Below, piece after piece: positions 35,932 through 45,360 of a stretch of DNA of 64,000 nucleotides. Below the pieces are notes generated by a model that did no database searches, had not been told where the DNA came from, and saw nothing but the letters and a program-made list of their open reading frames with translations. The stretch covers positions 6,017-70,016 of the forward strand of contig JBDHDH010000024.1 in NCBI GenBank assembly GCA_039591615.1. Direction: 5' to 3'. This DNA comes from Gemmatimonadota bacterium (GTDB taxonomy: Bacteria > Gemmatimonadota > Gemmatimonadetes > Gemmatimonadales > GWC2-71-9). How positions within the stretch are numbered: position 1 is the first letter of the stretch; each line of letters opens with the position of its first letter. The translations under genes and the position numbers were made by a program.

Positions 35932-38900
35932 TCAGGGTCCCGGCGCCGGCTCCAACCCCCCGACCCGCTCGAGCTCCTCCAGCTCGTCGCGAGCCAATTG
36001 TGCCCGGGCGAATCCGGGGTCGGCGCTCTCCCATGCCCGGAGCGCCGTCCGCAGATGCTCGAGCGCCCTCCCCCGATCGCCGCGATCGGCGAAGACCAGG
36101 GCGAGCTCATAGTGGGCATTGGGGTCCGACGGGCGAACCTTCAGCCGTTTGCGCAGGTTGTCTTCAGCGGCGTCGAGCCTACCGAGCTGGCGCTCACACT
36201 GGGCGGCGTAGAGGTGGACGACGGATCGCGTAGGCTCGGACTGCAAGACACGATCGTAGCTGCGGAGCGCCTCCCGACAGCGGTCCTGGATCTGCTCCGC
36301 CCGGCCACGCGTCAGCACGACGTGGGGCCGCAGGCTCTCGAAGCCAAACTGATCGAGGAAGGTCGAGAACCGCTCGGCAGCCCCGAGGGCGCTATCAGGC
36401 TCCTCGAGCTCCGTGTAGAGCTCCATGTAGCCCAACTGCACGAGGAGGTTCCACGGTGAGCCGAGTTGCGTCTCGGCTTCTTCGAGAACGCGCTGTCCCC
36501 GCGTGGGCTGCCCAGCCATCACATAGGCATCCATCGAGCGAAGGTGACGTAAGACCGCGTAGAGCGGTGGTTGGAACCTGGCGTGCGCCTCGAAGCTCCG
36601 CTCGTGGAATACGATCGCACGCTCCAGCTGTCCACGGTACTGATGATGCGCGGCCAGACCGTCCAGAGCCTCGGCGCTGTCGGCGACGGTGCGACTCGCC
36701 TCGAGGGCGTCGCCGAGGAGCGCCTCGGCCCGTTCGAATTCACCCAAGTCGGAGGCGATGGTCGCGAGATTCACGAGCGTGGCAGGGTCGTCAGGCTCGA
36801 CCAGCAATGCTCGTTCATACGTCTCGCGTGCTCCCTCATGATTGCCTAAAAGCCTCTGGAGCTGAGCAACAGCACCCACGGCCCTTGCATCGTTGGGGAA
36901 CGCCCGGGCGAACCGATCGTAGTAGTCGAGCGCCGTCTCGAACTCGCCTTTTGCCTGGTGAAGGTCTCCAAGCAGCCTCAATACTTCGAGCTGCGTGGGG
37001 TCGATCTCGAGCACACGTTCGTATTCGGCAACGGCACTGTCCCGTTGATCGCTCGCGGTATAGACCGCCGCGAGCGTCAAATGTGCCTGCGCGTCCTCCG
37101 GCACGAGCTCGACGTTCATCCGGTGGGCCGCCAGCGCCTTCTCCAAGTCCTGCCTCACTATGTGGTAGTACTCACCCTTCACGGTGTATTGAATCCGCTC
37201 GGGGAACCGATAGATGTGTCGCACGGCTGTTTCGAGCGCATCGGCGGCCTTCTCCGATGCGCCGGTATAGATGTAGACGCCGTAGAGCGTGTTGTGCGCC
37301 ACGGCGAAGGTGGGATCAATCGCTACAGCGCTCTCCAGGAGTCTCGTAGCCCGCTCCCAGTCCTTGTCGATGATAAAGGCCCGCAGTCCCTGAATGTGGG
37401 CTCGGTAGGCATCGAGGGAGTCCGTGAAGAAATTTCGCACCGGCTGATCCTGCACCTCGTCGAGGTGTTGCGCCGGCAACTCGAGATCGCGCTTCAGACG
37501 CGTCGTGATGGTATCGATGACCTCGAATACGTCCCCAGCGGTGAAGCGGCGCTCGTGGACGAGCTTGCCACTGTCGGTCTCGTGCAGCCGAAGCGTCACC
37601 GCAAGACTGTCCCCGCTGTTGGTGAACGAACCAGACACGATGTACGGAAGTCGGTACTCGTCGGCGATCTGCCTTCGGAGCGCAAAGGGCATCCCCATGC
37701 CGTCGGCGAATCCCGCCTCGTCCAGCCGGTTGACGAAATGCGGGGTCGAGCGGACGTCGAAGAACAGGTCCTGCTGGAGATCGATCAAGAGACCAAAGGC
37801 GACCCCGTGCCCAATCCAGTTCTGTGTCGAATCCCCCGTGCGATTCTCGAGGGGGAAGACAGCCAAGCGTCGACGGAACACGCTCTTGGGGACCACCCGA
37901 GTGATCCGTTCCCCCTCTTCATTGGTGAGCGTGACCGTTCGGGTCGCGGCACCGAGATCCTTGGATCCGAAGGTGACGAAGAGGAGTGCTGCCGCGGCCG
38001 CCAGGTTCACAGGGATCCCCACCTTCTCGAGGGAGCTCAGGCCCTCCCTTCTCGGCCCTCCACGCTTGTACGCCACGATCAGGACCGTGGGAATCAGCGA
38101 TGCCAGCGCCACAAGGCCGAATGAGGGCAGGTGGGGGGAAACGAGCAGCCGATCAACGAGGAACCGTAGCGCTGCCACCACGACCACGGCGATCCCCGCA
38201 TACAGCAGCAGCACCTGAGGAACCCGTCGTCTGACGAGTCTATTCACGAAGCCCGCGAACTGTTGGCTCGCCGTCGCCGTTTCCAGCTTGAGCGCGTTTC
38301 CAAACTCCCCGGCGCTGGAATACCGCTTGGACGGCTCCTTCTCCAGTGCACGACGAATGGCTCGGGCGACATGATCGGGCACGCCCTCACGGGTCTCGGC
38401 GACGTCGGGGGCAGGCGCCCCCAGGTGCCTCCGGATGACCGTCTCTACCGTCCCGCCACCAAAGGGGGGCTCGCCGGCGAGCATCTCGTAGCAGAGACAG
38501 CCGAGGGCGTACACGTCGCTCCGAGCATCGAGCGCGTCGCCCCCCGTGACCTGTTCCGGGCTCATGTAGGCGGGCGTGCCTATCGCATGCCCGACCTCGG
38601 TCACCCGATCGCCGCCGGCCGCGCTAATGGCGCGGGCGATCCCGAAGTCGGTGACGACGGCGTGGCCCGCCTGAAGCAGGAGGTTCTCGGGTTTGATGTC
38701 CCGGTGGACGACGTGGCGGCCGTGGGCGTAGTCGAGGGCGTCGGCCACCTCGCGGGTGAGCTGGATCGCCTCGTCCAGGGGGAGGCGCCCATCTCGATTG
38801 AGCCGTTGTCGCAGGGATTCCCCCTCGACGAAGGGCATGGCGAAGAACAGCGAGCCGGCTGCCTCGCCGGAATCCAGGAGCGGTAGAATGTTGGGGTGAT

Positions 38901-39111
38901 TCAGGCGCGCCGTGATCTTGATCTCCCGGAGAAACCGCTCGGTTCCCAGGGCTGCAGACAGCTCGGGGCGGAGTACCTTGAGGGCGACCTGCCGCTCGTG
39001 CTTCACGTCGTCAGCCAGATACACGGTGGCCGATGCTCCGCGTCCGATTGCTCGGCGGAGCACATAGCGGCCGTCCAGGGCGGCGTTGAGGCGCTCGAGC
39101 TGTTCCGTCAC
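35932..39111 (-). CDS. Ser/Thr kinase with TMs, TolB-N/FlgO-like domain and TPRs
   Basis: VALK, HRDIKPEN, DFG, GTPAYMSPEQ; RRLAVFPLEN domain; multiple TPRs. Confidence 0.92.
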   Translation of the reverse strand: MTEQLERLNAALDGRYVLRRAIGRGASATVYLADDVKHERQVALKVLRPELSAALGTERFLREIKITARLNHPNILPLLDSGEAAGSLFFAMPFVEGESLRQRLNRDGRLPLDEAIQLTREVADALDYAHGRHVVHRDIKPENLLLQAGHAVVTDFGIARAISAAGGDRVTEVGHAIGTPAYMSPEQVTGGDALDARSDVYALGCLCYEMLAGEPPFGGGTVETVIRRHLGAPAPDVAETREGVPDHVARAIRRALEKEPSKRYSSAGEFGNALKLETATASQQFAGFVNRLVRRRVPQVLLLYAGIAVVVVAALRFLVDRLLVSPHLPSFGLVALASLIPTVLIVAYKRGGPRREGLSSLEKVGIPVNLAAAAALLFVTFGSKDLGAATRTVTLTNEEGERITRVVPKSVFRRRLAVFPLENRTGDSTQNWIGHGVAFGLLIDLQQDLFFDVRSTPHFVNRLDEAGFADGMGMPFALRRQIADEYRLPYIVSGSFTNSGDSLAVTLRLHETDSGKLVHERRFTAGDVFEVIDTITTRLKRDLELPAQHLDEVQDQPVRNFFTDSLDAYRAHIQGLRAFIIDKDWERATRLLESAVAIDPTFAVAHNTLYGVYIYTGASEKAADALETAVRHIYRFPERIQYTVKGEYYHIVRQDLEKALAAHRMNVELVPEDAQAHLTLAAVYTASDQRDSAVAEYERVLEIDPTQLEVLRLLGDLHQAKGEFETALDYYDRFARAFPNDARAVGAVAQLQRLLGNHEGARETYERALLVEPDDPATLVNLATIASDLGEFERAEALLGDALEASRTVADSAEALDGLAAHHQYRGQLERAIVFHERSFEAHARFQPPLYAVLRHLRSMDAYVMAGQPTRGQRVLEEAETQLGSPWNLLVQLGYMELYTELEEPDSALGAAERFSTFLDQFGFESLRPHVVLTRGRAEQIQDRCREALRSYDRVLQSEPTRSVVHLYAAQCERQLGRLDAAEDNLRKRLKVRPSDPNAHYELALVFADRGDRGRALEHLRTALRAWESADPGFARAQLARDELEELERVGGLEPAPGP

Positions 39112-39157
39112 ATCACGACTCGCTGCGAGAAGCGTACAGGAAGCTAATAACTGGGGC

Positions 39158-39184
39158 GGGATTGGGGGGATCGGCGGGATTGGG
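39158..39184 (+). repeat. 9-mer array variant
   Basis: GGGATTGGG GGGATCGGC GGGATTGGG. Confidence 0.7.
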
Positions 39185-39318
39185 AATCTGCTAGACCGGT
39201 CTCACCGGACCCGAAGAGGGCGAAGAGGACTACGTGTTGGAACCGCTCGATCTGCCGGACGGGGGTCGCTCCTCATCTGTCGCAGTCACCCAAAGACCAA
39301 TGTTCGGTTCCGTTCCCA

Positions 39319-41727
39319 TCATCTCGGGGCGAGAACCAAGACCTCGTCTGCCACCGACTCCACGCGATCGCGCGAGTAGAACACCGGGAAGAACCGGTCG
39401 TTCGCCCAGAGGTCGAACAGGTCGCGGTAGTGCCGGTCTTCGGGATCGCCTGACTGGCCGGGACTGTTGGCGCCAACGGCCAGATCCCAGTCACTCGTGT
39501 CCACGATGATGCGGAAGGACGGGCCCGAGGTTTGGTTGTCACCGGAGCCGCTGTTGTTCAGCGTGTAACTGTTCCCGCCACGCGGGGCCGGGCCCGCTTC
39601 GAGCATCGCACGGACCTGTTCGTTGACGGCCGGGCTCAACGGATGCCGGATCAGCGCGTGCTTGTAGCGTTGCCCACCGTACCGCCACTGTTCCATGTCG
39701 TCCCCCAAGCGGCCTCTCAGGCCATCGACGGCCTCTGTCAGACTCCTCAACAGCAGCGAATCACGTCCAACGGTGGGTTGCGCGCCGAACTCGCCGGGCG
39801 GCGCAACGATCCAGTCGACGATCTTCTTCATTGCCAAGCTGCGAATGAATTCGCGCGCGGGCGCGGGCACGAACAGCTCGCGCATGTTCCGTTGCAGCCG
39901 ACGCTCCCACGCGACGTAGATTCCCGCCTCGTTTGAACTCTTGTCGAGCACGTAATCCCAATCGACCAACATCGTCCGGGCCCGCTCGGTATTGCGGTCG
40001 GACGCGACGAGGTCTTCGAGGAGAGGAACGAGGGTGCGGGCTGGAATGGAAACCTCGTCCGTTTGGAGCCGCATCATGTCCATCATGGAGTGGCGTCGCC
40101 CGGACGCGAGCACCTCACTGGCGCGTGCCCAGCGAAACGGGTCGGACCAGCTCCATCCGACAGCCGCGCGATGCTGGTAACCGGGTGGGATCAAGTTGTT
40201 GTTCGCGGTGGCGAAGTAGCCGTTCCCGGGATTGACGACGTGCGGCTTGGTCTTGATGGGCAAGTAGCCATCCCACTCGTACCTCCCGTCACCGGGCACG
40301 GGCACCAGCCCGCTCCAGTTGCGACGGATGGGAGCGATGCCCACCGCCTGCCAACCGATGTTGCCGTACATGTCGGCCCAGACCATGTTTTCGCCGGGAA
40401 TGTTGCTGTAGGTGCAGGCGTCGCGGAACTCTTCCCAGCTCTTCGCCTGGTCCATGCGGAGACTGGCGAGATACGGCGCGCCACCGATCTCCATCCACGC
40501 CGCGCGCACGGCATACGCCTTGTTTCGTCGTTCGTCTTCGAAGACAATCGGTCCGTGTCGACTGTACTTGAGGTCGACGGTCACGGGCTGCTCGCCTTTG
40601 ACCGGAATCGTCTCCCGAATCACGTTCATCTCTTCCCAGCGGCCCTCGTACCGATACTGCCGCGGGTTGGTGGGGTTCGTGTCGTAGACGTAGAGATCTT
40701 CGCCATCGGTTGCGAACACGGTGAGGCCCCACGCCCCATGCTCGTTGTGGCCGATGGAAACGCCGGGAATCTCGGGTTCGCCGCCTCCGATCACGTTCCA
40801 ACCCGGGCCGACGAGATGCACCCAGTACCGCAACGACGGCGCCGACTGTGCGCGGTGCGGGTCGTTGGCCATGATCGGAAAACCGCTTTGCGTCAGGTCC
40901 CCGTGCACGACCCAATTGTTGCTTCCAACATCTTCAGTGGCGAGACCGTGGTTCAACCCGTTGAGGCTGGCTAGCTCACCGGCGAGGCGTTCAGACGTTT
41001 CGGCGTCGTTACGAAACGCCATCTGAATGTCTTCGGGCCGGAAACGCACCGGCCGCCGAAAGGAGCTGTAGATGCCGAGAATGTCTTCGGACAGCGCGTC
41101 GCCATCGAGGGCGCTGTCCAACGTGATGTCGGGTTCCCCAGGGTGGAAGTTGGAAAGGCGCTTGACGGTCTCCGATCCCAGTGACGCCACTGCTCGACCA
41201 TAGTTCAGCTCTTGGAGGATATTGCCGAGGAGTCCTTGGTGCCGGGAGATGACCGTTTCCGTGGTCCATTTCCCCGGTGTGATCCCCAGTAATCGAAACT
41301 CCAGGGGTAGCAACGTCGGATCGCGCTGGGTGAGATCGATGTACGCATTCACGCCGTCGACAAAGGCGTTGATGATCTGGTCACCCCGGGGATGATAGTG
41401 ATTCAACTCCTGCGTCAAATCACCACGGAACTTGAACAGACGCGTTCCGATGTCCCGGTTGAGTTCGCGCGGCCCCAAGATCTCCGCCACGGTGCCATGC
41501 ACCTGCCGCCGCCACACCTCGAATTGGAATAGCCGGTCCCGCGCCGCACTGAATCCCTGGGCAAAGAACAGGTCGTGCTCGGTGCCGGCGTAGATGTGGG
41601 AGATACCCCAACGGTCCTGGATAATTTCGACCTCTTGGTCGAGACCGTCGAGCGAGAGGGTTTCTTGGGCGGCTAGTGGAACGACGAACAGAGCGATCAA
41701 GGCAGCAGCGAATGACGAGATGCGCAT
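39319..41727 (-). CDS. Penicillin acylase family (peptidase S45), second paralog
   Basis: DRWGISHIYA, ARDRLFQFE, GSNNWVV, ANDPHRA, GQSGDP; signal peptide from ATG 41727 (ORF extends to 41805). Confidence 0.92.
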   Translation of the reverse strand: MRISSFAAALIALFVVPLAAQETLSLDGLDQEVEIIQDRWGISHIYAGTEHDLFFAQGFSAARDRLFQFEVWRRQVHGTVAEILGPRELNRDIGTRLFKFRGDLTQELNHYHPRGDQIINAFVDGVNAYIDLTQRDPTLLPLEFRLLGITPGKWTTETVISRHQGLLGNILQELNYGRAVASLGSETVKRLSNFHPGEPDITLDSALDGDALSEDILGIYSSFRRPVRFRPEDIQMAFRNDAETSERLAGELASLNGLNHGLATEDVGSNNWVVHGDLTQSGFPIMANDPHRAQSAPSLRYWVHLVGPGWNVIGGGEPEIPGVSIGHNEHGAWGLTVFATDGEDLYVYDTNPTNPRQYRYEGRWEEMNVIRETIPVKGEQPVTVDLKYSRHGPIVFEDERRNKAYAVRAAWMEIGGAPYLASLRMDQAKSWEEFRDACTYSNIPGENMVWADMYGNIGWQAVGIAPIRRNWSGLVPVPGDGRYEWDGYLPIKTKPHVVNPGNGYFATANNNLIPPGYQHRAAVGWSWSDPFRWARASEVLASGRRHSMMDMMRLQTDEVSIPARTLVPLLEDLVASDRNTERARTMLVDWDYVLDKSSNEAGIYVAWERRLQRNMRELFVPAPAREFIRSLAMKKIVDWIVAPPGEFGAQPTVGRDSLLLRSLTEAVDGLRGRLGDDMEQWRYGGQRYKHALIRHPLSPAVNEQVRAMLEAGPAPRGGNSYTLNNSGSGDNQTSGPSFRIIVDTSDWDLAVGANSPGQSGDPEDRHYRDLFDLWANDRFFPVFYSRDRVESVADEVLVLAPR

Positions 41728-41809
41728 CGGCTTTCCTGCCCCTCTGCTCTCATGTGTCATTCTGCCCCCCCGATCAGCCGTCGCGACCATGCTGGACAGA
41801 AGCACACAG

Positions 41810-41881
41810 AGCCACCGGTCAGATTCGAACTGACGACCACTCGATTACGAATCGAGAGCTCTACCCCTGAGCTACGGTGGC
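41810..41881 (-). tRNA. trnT: tRNA-Thr(CGT)
   Basis: GCCACCGTAGCTCAGGGGTAGAGCTCTCGATTCGTAATCGAGTGGTCGTCAGTTCGAATCTGACCGGTGGC folds as a cloverleaf; CCA not encoded. Confidence 0.93.
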
Positions 41882-41892
41882 AAGGAGGGTGT

Positions 41893-41949
41893 GGGATCGG
41901 CGAGGAACGTGCATATCCGAACGCCCATCCCGCCAGTCCCGCCGATCCG
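41893..41949. repeat. Inverted 9-mer units in the tRNA spacer
   Basis: GGGATCGGC (41893-41901) versus GCCCATCCC GCCAGTCCC GCCGATCCG (41923-41949). Confidence 0.65.
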
Positions 41950-41974
41950 CCTGGGTGACGGGGGTGCGGGGAAA

Positions 41975-42056
41975 TGCCCTGGCCCGGATTCGAACCGGGA
42001 CGGCTCGCGCCACTGCCCCCTCAAGACAGCGTGTCTACCAGTTCCACCACCAGGGC
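41975..42056 (-). tRNA. trnL: tRNA-Leu(GAG)
   Basis: GCCCTGGTGGTGGAACTGGTAGACACGCTGTCTTGAGGGGGCAGTGGCGCGAGCCGTCCCGGTTCGAATCCGGGCCAGGGCA; long variable arm, anticodon GAG. Confidence 0.95.
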
Positions 42057-42087
42057 GGGAAACAGGCATAAGCCCTTAAGGCATGGG

Positions 42088-42116
42088 AAGCTATGGGATG
42101 CCGGGAGCGGGGTCAA
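42088..42116 (-). promoter_or_regulatory. Sigma70-like promoter for the tRNA pair
   Basis: TTGACC (42116-42111), 17-nt spacer, TAGCTT (42093-42088), about 30 nt upstream of tRNA-Leu. Confidence 0.6.
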
Positions 42117-42212
42117 GGCTACGGGAGGCCAATGGTGAGCGGCGGGATTGGGCGGGCGATTGGCCTACGCTCCGGGCCGAGTGCTCCGGTACGGGTATAG
42201 ACAATCCATCGC

Positions 42213-42617
42213 TCATCGGATGGAGGAATCGCCACCCAACTCATCGGGTGCCTCGGTGAAGATGAGCTCGCAGCCATTCAGGTCTCGGACGGTGAAGTCC
42301 ACGGTCCCCCACGGCCGAGTATCGAGCTCGCGCACTATCTCAGCTCCGGTGTGTCGGAGTTCGTCGTACAGGGACTCGACGTCTCGGACATAGAGGACGA
42401 TCTCCATGCCGGCACAGCGCGCGGCGCGGTCCGAGTCCACGAAGAACAGGATACGTGCCCTTCCCCGACTCACGCCGGCGTGGTCCGGTGGATCGCCCCA
42501 GAACCAATGCCAGTCACCGTTGAACCCCAGGACGCTCCGGTAGTACTGCACCGAAGCCTGAAGATCGCGACATGCGATCCACGGAGCGGTACCCAGCAAT
42601 TCCGGTCTCACACTCAT
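42213..42617 (-). CDS. VOC/glyoxalase (bleomycin-resistance-like) protein
   Basis: DLQASVQYYRSVLGF, YVRDVESLYDEL, RPWGTVDFTVRDLNG; ATG 42617. Confidence 0.85.
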   Translation of the reverse strand: MSVRPELLGTAPWIACRDLQASVQYYRSVLGFNGDWHWFWGDPPDHAGVSRGRARILFFVDSDRAARCAGMEIVLYVRDVESLYDELRHTGAEIVRELDTRPWGTVDFTVRDLNGCELIFTEAPDELGGDSSIR

Positions 42618-42794
42618 TGTGCACTCTCCGGTGGTTGGGCTGTGCCATGCGGCCGAGGCGCGGCAGCCGCGACGAGCCGAGCCGACGGGCTCCTTCCCAC
42701 CACCCAACGGACCCGGCCCAATCCATCCCCGCCCAAGGGGTCCCAACCGGTCCGTGGCAGAACTCACATCACATTCACCGGTTGATGGGTATGA

Positions 42795-43259
42795 TTGGAT
42801 CCCATGCCGGATCAAGGTACAAGCATGCTTCGAGCGCGCACGGTGGCCAGCGCCAGCGGAAAGAGGCGAGCTCTTCCGAAGGAACGCAGTGTGCTAGTCG
42901 TGGAAGATGACGCCGGCCAGCGGGAGGTCCTGGTTCTGGCGCTCACCGCCGCCGACATGAAGGTGCGCACCGTGTCCGACGGTATCGAGGCCTTCGAGGC
43001 GCTCCGGAATCAGGACTACCGGGCCATCCTATGCGACCTCCGGATGCCCAGACAGAGCGGCTTAACGTTCTATGAGCAGCTCGAGGAGATGCTCCCCCAT
43101 CTCGCGGCACGCGTGGTGTTTCTGAGCGCCTACGCAGGTGATCCAGAGGTTCGAGCGTACCTGGAGCGCACGGGACAACCCGTCATCCAGAAGCCCTACC
43201 GCATCAGGCAGCTTGTCGACGCCGTAAACCGGACCCTCGAGAAGCCGTTCCACCCCTGA
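42795..43259 (+). CDS. Single-domain response regulator
   Basis: VLVVEDD, ILCDLRMP, FLSA, QKPY; start uncertain (42825 possible). Confidence 0.88.
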   Translation: MDPMPDQGTSMLRARTVASASGKRRALPKERSVLVVEDDAGQREVLVLALTAADMKVRTVSDGIEAFEALRNQDYRAILCDLRMPRQSGLTFYEQLEEMLPHLAARVVFLSAYAGDPEVRAYLERTGQPVIQKPYRIRQLVDAVNRTLEKPFHP

Positions 43260-43314
43260 TTGGAGTGAAACGCCGGCAACCGGCAGCGACCTCGCGGCTG
43301 CCACGATCGTCCAC

Positions 43315-44580
43315 TCAACCGATCTCGATCCGGAGTGCCGCATGCGCATCGCGCAACGCTCTCTCCACCGCCATGGGCCCTTCGGCACGGGCGAAGATGA
43401 AGCCGAGATATCGGGATTCCTCGGGTAGCGGCACGAGGCGCTGGCCGCGGTGGGCGGTGATGATGACGTCGGTCACATAGCGGACCGCAAAGGCCTCCTC
43501 GAGACCGCGGACCTCGCGGAGTACCCCGGCCTGCGGGATGGGGATCATCATCACGCCTGCGGCCGGCTCTTCGCGTGGTGGAATCATCTCGAGTCGGTTC
43601 AGAGCCTGGGCGAGCACGAGCTCCTCGAGCGAGATCGCGGCGTCGGGCCCAAAGCGGAGCACCTGGCCGCACTTTCCACCGATGGGGCGCGCGGCGAGCT
43701 CGATGAGCCACGGGCCCTCTTCGTTGTAGCGAAGCTCGCAGTGAATCGGGCCCCGTTCGAGACCCAATGCATGAACCGCCTCTTGGGCCGTCTGCACGAG
43801 GGCATTCCGTTCTTCCCGAGAGAAACGGGAAGGGGTGACGTAGATCGTCTCCTCGAAGAACGGTCCATCCAGCGGATCCGGCTTGTCGAAGAGGGCCAAG
43901 ACATGGAGCCGCCCGTCCCTGAGCAGGCCTTCCAGCGCGAACTCCGGGCCTGGCACGAATCGCTCGACCAAGTATTCCCGCTTCCTCTCCCGCTCCTGCC
44001 ACTCCTCTCGCTTGCGCCTCTCGTGCCTTTCCCGGCTCTCCTTCTCCAGAATTGCCGCCAATCGCTCATGAGCCACATGGAACTCGTCGGGGTTGTTGGC
44101 TCGCATCACACCGCGGCTGGCGTTCAGCGACGTGGGCTTGATCACACACGGATACGCGACGGCGTGTGCGACGGCGTCGACAGGATCGCCCATCGAGCAC
44201 AGGACGAACTCGGGCATCGGAACACCACGCTCCCGCAGCATGCACCGCTGGAGGTGCTTGTTCCGAGCGGCCTCCATGGCCTTCACCGGATTGTGCGACA
44301 AACCGAGGGCCTCACTCACGACCGTGGCCACGAGGGCGGTGTCGTCGTCGACGCCAAACACGGCGTGAATGGGGCGGTCTGAAGCGAAGTGCACCACCTT
44401 GGCTGCCGCACGTTCGGGTGCCGCAAAATCCAGGGTCACCAAGCCGGCCGGCTCGTCTCCCGAAAACGCGCTGTCTTCCTCCGACGCGACCGTGAGATCG
44501 ACCTCGAGGCGCCGTGCGGCCTCGACGAAGGCTTCGGTTCTATAGGTGGTGGTCGGAAGAAGTAGCAGCAGGCGGGGCAT
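43315..44580 (-). CDS. ATP-grasp domain protein (L-amino-acid ligase-like)
   Basis: ARNKHLQR, YPCVIKP...ASRGV, LVERFVPGPEFALEG, IELAARPIGG; likely start MPRLLLLLPT at 44580. Confidence 0.85.
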   Translation of the reverse strand: MPRLLLLLPTTTYRTEAFVEAARRLEVDLTVASEEDSAFSGDEPAGLVTLDFAAPERAAAKVVHFASDRPIHAVFGVDDDTALVATVVSEALGLSHNPVKAMEAARNKHLQRCMLRERGVPMPEFVLCSMGDPVDAVAHAVAYPCVIKPTSLNASRGVMRANNPDEFHVAHERLAAILEKESRERHERRKREEWQERERKREYLVERFVPGPEFALEGLLRDGRLHVLALFDKPDPLDGPFFEETIYVTPSRFSREERNALVQTAQEAVHALGLERGPIHCELRYNEEGPWLIELAARPIGGKCGQVLRFGPDAAISLEELVLAQALNRLEMIPPREEPAAGVMMIPIPQAGVLREVRGLEEAFAVRYVTDVIITAHRGQRLVPLPEESRYLGFIFARAEGPMAVERALRDAHAALRIEIG

Positions 44581-44589
44581 AGGGTGAGT

Positions 44590-44623
44590 GAGGAGCGGGA
44601 GCAGCCGGAGAAGCGGGAGTGAG
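44590..44623 (+). repeat. 9-mer array, intergenic
   Basis: GAGGAGC GGGAGCAGC CGGAGAAGC GGGAGTGAG. Confidence 0.6.
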
Positions 44624-44657
44624 CTGGCATCAACCTGATGCCTCCCGCCGTTCCGAC

Positions 44658-45251
44658 CTACTTCGTTCCTGCCGTGAAATACGGATTGGTCCCCGCCGAG
44701 TGGTCCGTGATGTCTCTGATCCCTCTGAGCGACGGGAATTGGCGCCGGAGCGCTGCCTCGATGCCCTGCCGCAATGTGACGTTCGCCATCCCGCACCCCT
44801 GACATCCACCCATCATCCGCACGACGACCGTCGCGTCCTGCACATCGATGAGCTCGACCTTGCCGCCATGTTGTGCCACGACCGGGTTGATCTCCGCATC
44901 GAAGATCTCGCTGACGACGTCGAAGAGGTCATCATCTGAAAGAGAAGCGGGAGCAGCGGGAGGAGCGGGAGAAACAGGCAGCCGGGCGGCCGCCTCGATG
45001 GCGTAGCGAATCTGGGCCTCGAGGGCGTCCCATGGCCGGGTGCCGTCCTGTACCGCCGTCACCACGTTGCCCGAAACCACTACCTCGCAGATCCCGGGCA
45101 CCTCGAGGATGGCTTGTGCCACCGGCGAGTCTCCGGCCTCCGCAGCGGAAGTGAACTGCCGCACACCGCGCGCATGGACAGCACGGTCCAGGATGAACTT
45201 GCAGCGGTGAGCGTCAACGGGCTCGGCAGTTACATGAACGGGCGTGGTCAT
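44658..45251 (-). CDS. NfuA/NifU-type Fe-S scaffold (Nfu_N + NifU-C)
   Basis: SPVAQAIL.VPGI..V N-terminal domain; EINPVVAQHGG.V, GGCQGCGMA..TL..GIE; ATG 45251. Confidence 0.88.
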   Translation of the reverse strand: MTTPVHVTAEPVDAHRCKFILDRAVHARGVRQFTSAAEAGDSPVAQAILEVPGICEVVVSGNVVTAVQDGTRPWDALEAQIRYAIEAAARLPVSPAPPAAPASLSDDDLFDVVSEIFDAEINPVVAQHGGKVELIDVQDATVVVRMMGGCQGCGMANVTLRQGIEAALRRQFPSLRGIRDITDHSAGTNPYFTAGTK

Positions 45252-45360
45252 GAGGAGTAGATTAGCGGGTGGTGCCGCGAATTCAAATGGGGGCTGGTGT
45301 GGAAGAGGTGGTGAGAGGCAGGAGAAGTCGCAGAGCGCCCTCTCCCGCCTCCTCTGTGCG

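Noticed and set aside
35862-36119. N-terminal extension of the GGDEF ORF
   Set aside because: Overlaps the kinase 3' end and is low complexity; ATG 35861 is more plausible.
41810-42056. tRNA-anchored genomic island or prophage
   Set aside because: No integrase, no duplicated tRNA 3' end seen, and ordinary flanking genes.
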